Source of the DNA: a phage
Assembly (NCBI GenBank): GCA_008273105.1
Contig: GCA_008273105.1_4080.1
Direction: 5' to 3' (one strand)
DNA length: 64,000 nt
Under the pieces are notes generated by a model. That model worked only from the letters and a program-made list of their open reading frames with translations, was not told the DNA's origin and ran no database searches. A program made the translations under genes and the position numbers. Positions 57,783-64,000 of the stretch are shown here, in pieces (the stretch's first letter is position 1; each line of letters opens with the position of its first letter).

Positions 57783-58263
57783 TATAAGCTCCAATACTTA
57801 ACAATGCGTTTTTACACAAATCATGAATTTTCATAACTCGAATATAGTTTAACACATCTGTTTCATTAATTTCAAATGGTTTATCTGCATATGTGGACCA
57901 CGTTTGATTTAATTCAATAACAAATGTAATTTTATCTGTATCCATAATATTATCACAAAATCTACGAAAATCTTGCTCTTCATCGGAAAGTCTGAAATTT
58001 AAATCATTTTTTAAACCATTAACTGTGAAGCAAATACCAGTACTGTAACCGATGCAAATATCTTCAATATCATATAATCCATAAATTAATTTAGAGATAA
58101 ACGTGCTATATTTGTTTCTATGATAATAGTTTAATATTTCTTGTTTAATATTAATTTCAATATCAGTAGTTTTTTGTAATGTAAGTTTAATTAATTCTAA
58201 TGTCTTGATTATGTTATCTAACCAGATATTAGTATCATCTATACTTAGGTGTGTGTATTTCAT
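57739..58263 (-). CDS. hypothetical protein
   Basis: 174-aa ORF. Confidence 0.5.
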   Translation of the reverse strand: MKYTHLSIDDTNIWLDNIIKTLELIKLTLQKTTDIEINIKQEILNYYHRNKYSTFISKLIYGLYDIEDICIGYSTGICFTVNGLKNDLNFRLSDEEQDFRRFCDNIMDTDKITFVIELNQTWSTYADKPFEINETDVLNYIRVMKIHDLCKNALLSIGAYNETYDLVEDSRSSC

Positions 58264-58789
58264 TATGTCCCTCTAGATTCCAATCATCAACGAGTTTAGA
58301 ACAAACTTCCATATGATTATAGTACTTTTCATCCAATACATACGGTTTATTATGATATTGTCGTACATCAGTGAATATATCATAATTTCTATATATGAAT
58401 GACATATTTTTATGCATTAATTCTATAGTTTTCCAAATTTTCTCAATATCATATAGAATTGTTTCTAATGACAAACCTGTTAACTTGGAAATTCTTTCAA
58501 CTTTAAACCCTGATAACATCATAGTACTGTTGTGTTTAGTTAAGTAACTATATCCAATAGAACTATGTATTAACTCAATACTATCAGTGTATGTGATTGT
58601 TTTTAGAAATGATTTTATATTTCTATTAAACCAATACCACTTTTTGTTTTTATTATAACAACTATACCATTTCTTCAATATATCAATTGCTTCAGAATTA
58701 ATTTTTAAAGCAAATTCATCAATTAAAAACATATGATGGTAAAAAATATCACTTTGTTCTTCAGTTAAATTATATTGCTGCATATTCAC
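58235..58789 (-). CDS. hypothetical protein
   Basis: 184-aa ORF. Confidence 0.5.
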   Translation of the reverse strand: MNMQQYNLTEEQSDIFYHHMFLIDEFALKINSEAIDILKKWYSCYNKNKKWYWFNRNIKSFLKTITYTDSIELIHSSIGYSYLTKHNSTMMLSGFKVERISKLTGLSLETILYDIEKIWKTIELMHKNMSFIYRNYDIFTDVRQYHNKPYVLDEKYYNHMEVCSKLVDDWNLEGHNEIHTPKYR

Positions 58790-58909
58790 CTACCCTAGTA
58801 ACAATGATTCCTTGGGTATTTAGCTCATATAGATCAAAATATGATCAATGGAAAATTGATATACAGCAATAAAAATAGGAATCCCATGATAGGATTCCTT
58901 TTCACAATA

Positions 58910-59356
58910 TTATTTTTGATATGGGGTGTACTGATATTTTTCACAATCAGCGACAGTTAGAACACCTTCATCATAACCATATTGAAGTACAAGGTCAAAT
59001 GCTTTATCAACCATAGCAACAACATCTTTATAACGAACAATCTTATGAGATTGATTCTCAACTGCTTTCATAATCCCCATTAGCAACCAGCGACCTTCAT
59101 CGGTGTGTAATTTAGCAAAGCGTGGACGCTTTGTCGCTGCCATAATATCAGTCCATTCAGCTTTAAAAATGTGTGGACGTTTTGGAATATCATATAGTGT
59201 AGTAGGGAAAGTTACATTATTTTTCTTCATTGCTTCTGCTTGTGCTGCACGATAGCCCTGACGATATAATGGATGCTGCATTTTTAGCTGTTCAGCACTT
59301 AGAACTACTTTTGCTTTGTATGCGTCATAACCATCTTTATATTGTGCATTGGACAT
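58910..59356 (-). CDS. hypothetical protein
   Basis: 148-aa ORF. Confidence 0.5.
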   Translation of the reverse strand: MSNAQYKDGYDAYKAKVVLSAEQLKMQHPLYRQGYRAAQAEAMKKNNVTFPTTLYDIPKRPHIFKAEWTDIMAATKRPRFAKLHTDEGRWLLMGIMKAVENQSHKIVRYKDVVAMVDKAFDLVLQYGYDEGVLTVADCEKYQYTPYQK

Positions 59357-59357
59357 A

Positions 59358-59648
59358 TTATTCTTTTACCTCATCAGTTTGAATGTATTTTTTGTCAGAG
59401 AATGTACCGTGTTCTTTACGCACAGCTTCTGCATGTTGAACCGCATCAACTGGATTAATGTTCTTTTTAATTAGTACTTCCTTCATTAATTCAAGTACAA
59501 TTGCAAAACCATTCAGCACACGCTCAGATTCATCTACATTTTTTAATTCAAGTGCTACTGCACTAATTTGATCGAACGCAACATTAATAAAATCGGAATC
59601 TTCTAATACATTTGCTACTTCCGTATTATTACGTACTAGTACTTTCAT
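59358..59648 (-). CDS. hypothetical protein
   Basis: Start moved to Met10 (MKVLVRNN) behind GGAGA. Confidence 0.5.
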   Translation of the reverse strand: MKVLVRNNTEVANVLEDSDFINVAFDQISAVALELKNVDESERVLNGFAIVLELMKEVLIKKNINPVDAVQHAEAVRKEHGTFSDKKYIQTDEVKE

Positions 59649-59696
59649 ATAATCTCCACAAAGATGATGCCCCATATTGAGGCATCACAATCTATC

Positions 59697-60392
59697 TTAC
59701 ACCCACTCTTCTACACCGCCGCGACGCTTAACTAAGTACTTACCTTCTTCGTTACGTGGTCCAAGAATAATACCATCAATGAAACCATGTTCACCATATT
59801 CAAGTGCTTCTTCTGCATTTAACCACAAATCGCGGTCAGCATCTTTTAGTAATTGTTCATGTGATACACCTACAGCTTCTGCAATTTCTTTGGTCAACAA
59901 TGTATTCAGTGCATCAGAATGTTGTAGGGAAATCTTCTGGTCTGTAATTAGACCTTGTGTACCAGAACTTACTTGGTGACACATGAAGTATGAGCGTTTA
60001 CCACCTAAACGGAAACCTTTAGTCCCAATAACAGATTGTGTATAGCAACCCATTGATGCTGCATAACCCATAACTACAGTGCGAATTGGGGAAATACAAG
60101 ACTTAGCAACATCTGCAATACCCAAACCTGCGTGTACTGAACCACCCGGTGAACTAATGTAGAATGTAATAGGGGAATCACCTTGTGAGTCTAACCATAC
60201 CAATTGTTGTTTGATGATATGTGCCATTTGATCATTGAAATCAGTATCAAGGAAAATGATACGGTCTTGCATCATACGAGATGCTAGATCATATGTACGT
60301 TCTGAACCATTAACTTTCTCAACTACGTAAGGAATAGAAATGTTACGTACTTCGCCATTAGCATAACCACCAAACATGAATTGTTCAACCAT
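59697..60392 (-). CDS. clpP: ATP-dependent Clp protease proteolytic subunit homolog
   Basis: ISSPGGSVHAG, GYAASMG (Ser), MCHQV (His), DRD (Asp): catalytic triad appears intact. Confidence 0.8.
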   Translation of the reverse strand: MVEQFMFGGYANGEVRNISIPYVVEKVNGSERTYDLASRMMQDRIIFLDTDFNDQMAHIIKQQLVWLDSQGDSPITFYISSPGGSVHAGLGIADVAKSCISPIRTVVMGYAASMGCYTQSVIGTKGFRLGGKRSYFMCHQVSSGTQGLITDQKISLQHSDALNTLLTKEIAEAVGVSHEQLLKDADRDLWLNAEEALEYGEHGFIDGIILGPRNEEGKYLVKRRGGVEEWV

Positions 60393-60456
60393 TGTTAATT
60401 TCCTCTATTATTTCGTTGTAGTGAGTATTATATCACTAAGATTTAAAATGTCCAAA

Positions 60457-60861
60457 CTATTTTACTGGAATATTTGAAAAGAAATCAGTCATCCAATACG
60501 CCGTTTCTTTGTTGAATAATACTGGATCAAACTTAAGTAACTCAACATGACTTGTATCATACACGCTTGTATCGGTAATGTCAAACAAAGTTTTAGTACT
60601 GAATAGTGGATTACTCACTAGAAAGTAGTAATCAGCAGTAGTGCTAATGTCATCATAAAACACACCGTCATACCATCCATCATCATATACATAAACAGAA
60701 TCGTCATGAAGATAGTAAACTTCTATATGTAAACTCAAGTTCTTCATGGTTTCAATCATTTTTGCCGTATGAGGATTTAACTTATTGACATTTTCAAACA
60801 CATAAGAGTGTTTTTTATTCATATCAACAAATGAAAATATTCGTACTGAACGTATATTCAT
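60457..60861 (-). CDS. hypothetical protein
   Basis: Start moved to Met13 (MNIRSV) behind GGAG. Confidence 0.5.
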   Translation of the reverse strand: MNIRSVRIFSFVDMNKKHSYVFENVNKLNPHTAKMIETMKNLSLHIEVYYLHDDSVYVYDDGWYDGVFYDDISTTADYYFLVSNPLFSTKTLFDITDTSVYDTSHVELLKFDPVLFNKETAYWMTDFFSNIPVK

Positions 60862-60862
60862 A

Positions 60863-61246
60863 TTACTCCAAATAAACAAGTGAATTAATGAAATCATATT
60901 TCAATTTATCATCAACATAATTCAAATCAACTTTAATCATCGGAGCATGGGAACGTATAGACAGTGTTTCCATAAAGTACTGATTAAGTTTGTATGTATG
61001 GAAAAGATGAATATCTCGTTTCAATACCACCATTACTTCCCCGAACAGATCACAGAGTTCAACTTCAGTGTTAGTTGGGTCAAACCCATAACGATTCTTT
61101 AATGTACGTGGTTCTTTATTTCGATAATAATGCACAGCTTTATTACTATTCACTAACAAGTGATGATATGCATTACTATAAACTGAGCAAATAACTCGGC
61201 TTGGATAATTGGTATATTCTGGTAGTTCAAAATAAATTAATGACAC
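60863..61246 (-). CDS. hypothetical protein
   Basis: 127-aa ORF. Confidence 0.5.
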   Translation of the reverse strand: MSLIYFELPEYTNYPSRVICSVYSNAYHHLLVNSNKAVHYYRNKEPRTLKNRYGFDPTNTEVELCDLFGEVMVVLKRDIHLFHTYKLNQYFMETLSIRSHAPMIKVDLNYVDDKLKYDFINSLVYLE

Positions 61247-61258
61247 AATATCCTCTCA

Positions 61259-62050
61259 TTAAATTTCAAATACAAATTTAGGATTGTAATCAAAATTCTC
61301 ACAAGCTCCACTGTATGATTCATAGCCTCGTGGATTACAAATGATACGTGTCTTACCAATGTGGTAGTCAAAACTACTATGAACATGACCATGAATCCAA
61401 ACATCAGCACCCAAATCTTCAATGTACTGATCCATATCGGAACAGTAACAACCATTCAGTGAATCATTTTTATATTTTGGTGAAACACTTTGATAACTTG
61501 GTGCGTGATGGGTAACCACGATTACCTTGAAATCATTATCATGCATAAAGCGAACTGTGTCAATAGAATTTTTGATAAATTGTTTATCTTTGTGATGCAT
61601 AAACTCAGTATCATCTGGTGTCAGTTTCTTACGCCAAGGCTCTGATGTTGTTCCATGACGGATATGTTTGTAATCGTTCATCTTCAGACGAGCATCAAAC
61701 TTCGTCAAAGAATTACCTTTATCGAAGTCTGTCCACAGAGTACTACCAACAAGCAGTACTCCATCCAGCCATACAAATTTGTTTTGCAAAAAGATGAAAT
61801 TAGGAATCTCATCTTGCATATCGGACAGTACTTTATGCGTTTTGTGGATATTGGAACCATAATATTCATGATTGCCAGGAACCAGTACTACATTCTTAAA
61901 CTGCTTACATAGTGATTCTATACCAGTACGGTAACGACTGCGTTTAACTTCATCGAAGTCCCCAGCAATAATCAGTACTGTATCACTGTAATCACCACTA
62001 TGGAGGTAATCAGTACCACCGTGTACGTCAGACGTTACAACAAATTTCAT
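61259..62050 (-). CDS. calcineurin-like metallophosphoesterase
   Basis: SDVHGG, AGDFDE, GNHE, GHVH metal-binding motifs. Confidence 0.7.
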   Translation of the reverse strand: MKFVVTSDVHGGTDYLHSGDYSDTVLIIAGDFDEVKRSRYRTGIESLCKQFKNVVLVPGNHEYYGSNIHKTHKVLSDMQDEIPNFIFLQNKFVWLDGVLLVGSTLWTDFDKGNSLTKFDARLKMNDYKHIRHGTTSEPWRKKLTPDDTEFMHHKDKQFIKNSIDTVRFMHDNDFKVIVVTHHAPSYQSVSPKYKNDSLNGCYCSDMDQYIEDLGADVWIHGHVHSSFDYHIGKTRIICNPRGYESYSGACENFDYNPKFVFEI

Positions 62051-62069
62051 AATTACCTCCTATAAGTGT

Positions 62070-63488
62070 TTAGCCAAGTGATTCAATGATACTGTTTGAG
62101 AACACCTCAACAGCACTATCACGAATTTCTAAAATACGAGTATAGTCGTCACAAGTGTTTTTGTCAAATCTAAATTCAATAAACACTGGTAAGAACAGTG
62201 ATGGCTCACCAGTACGCTTGTCGAATACAATGTCATTACACTCAACTGTAACCACTTTACCAATAAGTTCTTGCATTCTTTCCCAAATGGTTTTAAATGT
62301 CCATTCAGCATCTTTCTCTTTGATACCAGTACCCACATTAACTTTCAATGAACCACAAGCACTTTCCAGTTGTAAAGAACCTAGGCTTCCTTTACGTTTA
62401 CCTTCACCTTCATTGAAACCAACAATACGCAAGTCTAGTTGCATTTTCAATTTCATTTTCAACTGCTTCGGAGAAGTGTGAGATTTCCAGATACCATCTT
62501 CACATTTCAGTACTGAACCCTCTTCACCTTCGTTCATTAGTTCACTATTGTACTCAAATGCTTCTTTGATGTTTAGAACTTTACGGAATCCAACCATACG
62601 AACAAAATCACTATTGAGTTCGTTAATTGCATCTACTAAGATCTCGCGACGTTCTTTACGTTTTACATCCCATACACCTTCACAAAATGCATCATATGGA
62701 ACAACATCCCATAGAACGAATACAGTACGCATTGCTTCATTCTGACTGATGCTATCTTTACCAGCTTTCTGAATTATACCGTTGCCAGTAGTGCGTGGGA
62801 GAATGGTTTCCCCATCATTGTCCAGTACTACACCTTCCCCCATAAAGACCACACCACTACTAAAACGTTCATCTTTACTTTGGATGATGTGAGCAAGACC
62901 TGCCATCTCACCATCACGACAACCCAGGAAGTCGTATAGTTTACCATTACGGGATGTAGAAGTTAATGAACCATTAATAACAACGTGGTTCAAGTACTGA
63001 CCATCCATTTTCACTTCTGATATAGCGTAACCATAATCTTTGAAGTTGATGTTCTTTGCAGTCTTTTTGTCAATCAAAGAACAACGCATATATGGTTCGT
63101 CTTTAATAAAGCCTTTACCAAATACATCATTGCAGTTCTTTTCTTGAATACCACAATCAAGGTTTTTAGTAAGCATTTTACGGAGAACTTCCTGATCATC
63201 TTCAGATACAGAACCCAGTACTGAAGCAATGAAATCACGCCCCGCATTTCCTGTCACATCACGCTTGTAAATGCATTCTAGCTTATCAATTGCTTCATCT
63301 AACGTCATATGTTGATATACGTCATCAGCGGCAGGGAGCTTCTTATAGCCACTAACGATAGAAGGGTCTAGAGTATATTTCAGTACTTTTTGTAAAGTTA
63401 CATTATCTTTATTTTGTTCAAGAATAGCTTTTTTGCCTAGTGTACTGCTAGTATTTTTAATGCTTTCAAGAATTGCTAAAATGCTCAT
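62070..63488 (-). CDS. ATP-dependent DNA ligase (T4 gp30-like)
   Basis: N-terminus matches T4 ligase as recalled (…GKKAILEQNKDN…); KMDG motif I, EGSVLK motif V, LFLPVFIEFRFDK motif VI. Confidence 0.85.
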   Translation of the reverse strand: MSILAILESIKNTSSTLGKKAILEQNKDNVTLQKVLKYTLDPSIVSGYKKLPAADDVYQHMTLDEAIDKLECIYKRDVTGNAGRDFIASVLGSVSEDDQEVLRKMLTKNLDCGIQEKNCNDVFGKGFIKDEPYMRCSLIDKKTAKNINFKDYGYAISEVKMDGQYLNHVVINGSLTSTSRNGKLYDFLGCRDGEMAGLAHIIQSKDERFSSGVVFMGEGVVLDNDGETILPRTTGNGIIQKAGKDSISQNEAMRTVFVLWDVVPYDAFCEGVWDVKRKERREILVDAINELNSDFVRMVGFRKVLNIKEAFEYNSELMNEGEEGSVLKCEDGIWKSHTSPKQLKMKLKMQLDLRIVGFNEGEGKRKGSLGSLQLESACGSLKVNVGTGIKEKDAEWTFKTIWERMQELIGKVVTVECNDIVFDKRTGEPSLFLPVFIEFRFDKNTCDDYTRILEIRDSAVEVFSNSIIESLG

Positions 63489-63499
63489 TGTATATTCCT

Positions 63500-64000
63500 T
63501 TATAGATAATACTTTCCAATATAAAGTGGATTACTAATTGATAGTTGAACGTGACACGGCTTATCTTGGTAGTAACGAGAACTTGATGTTTTGCGTTCAT
63601 TTGGTGGGAAGAATGGGGAACGATAGCCATTCCATGTACTAAATGATGAGTGTTCATTAATATCAACATCCATTACCATAATCCCATTATCATCAATTTG
63701 AACTGGATATGCACTAAAGCGTTCAAATTTATCATTATAATGGATATTATAATCTCCACTACGCCCATAATAACTACGCGTTGTATTATTACTTACACCA
63801 AAAAATACGCGATATGTTTGTTCATTATCTTTAGTCATAAATGGTACGTTCTCGTTGAAACGTCCATTATTCATAAGATCATCAACATTTATTTCTTCAT
63901 ATTTAATTTTTAGGTCTTTTGCTTTAAATGATTTATTGTGTACCAGTACTGGAATGTTAGATTCACCTAATGGGTTATGTCTGTTTGTTCTATAGCTTTG
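63500..64000 (-). CDS. hypothetical protein, C-terminal part (ORF open to window end)
   Basis: Frame of 63500-63874 stays open in-frame through 64000, so the true start is probably beyond the window. Confidence 0.45.
   Translation of the reverse strand, partial: QSYRTNRHNPLGESNIPVLVHNKSFKAKDLKIKYEEINVDDLMNNGRFNENVPFMTKDNEQTYRVFFGVSNNTTRSYYGRSGDYNIHYNDKFERFSAYPVQIDDNGIMVMDVDINEHSSFSTWNGYRSPFFPPNERKTSSSRYYQDKPCHVQLSISNPLYIGKYYL

Noticed and set aside
59697-60392. ClpP as the prohead maturation protease
   Set aside because: No capsid, portal or scaffold genes adjacent in this window; kept as a generic ClpP homolog.
62129-62745. ORFs 62129-62338 (-), 62155-62481 (+) and 62548-62745 (+)
   Set aside because: Internal to the DNA ligase gene, whose frame matches T4 ligase motifs.

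Overview
This window reads as a segment of a low-GC, T4-like myovirus genome. Almost every gene is on the minus strand, tightly packed, with ATGA-type overlaps and many minus-strand hairpin/T-tract terminators. Recognisable content: (1) a tail module with an 887-aa tail sheath, two paralogous tube-like genes and a late-gene block; (2) nucleotide metabolism genes (dNMP kinase, NrdC-type glutaredoxin, Nudix, anaerobic RNR NrdD/NrdG, dCMP deaminase, T4 gp30-like DNA ligase); (3) translation/RNA genes (CCA-adding enzyme, ribosome hibernation factor HPF homolog); (4) lysis genes (LysM-lysozyme with signal anchor, i-/o-spanin pair); (5) three paralogous fibre-like proteins followed by three paralogous small proteins; (6) a Pol-beta-type nucleotidyltransferase interrupted by an intein carrying a LAGLIDADG endonuclease, plus a free-standing HNH endonuclease; (7) an accessory block with a SIR2-like protein, Nudix-like protein, HslV-like Ntn hydrolase and a secreted ClpP-fold protein, next to the only convincing plus-strand gene; (8) PIN-PhoH, ClpP, a calcineurin-like phosphoesterase and a TARG1-like macrodomain. 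No tRNA, rRNA or CRISPR array was found. The most unusual region is a roughly 690-bp non-coding gap (25667-26356) with a duplicated 30-nt motif presented in hairpin loops. All functional calls are from motif recognition by eye; no database search was run.
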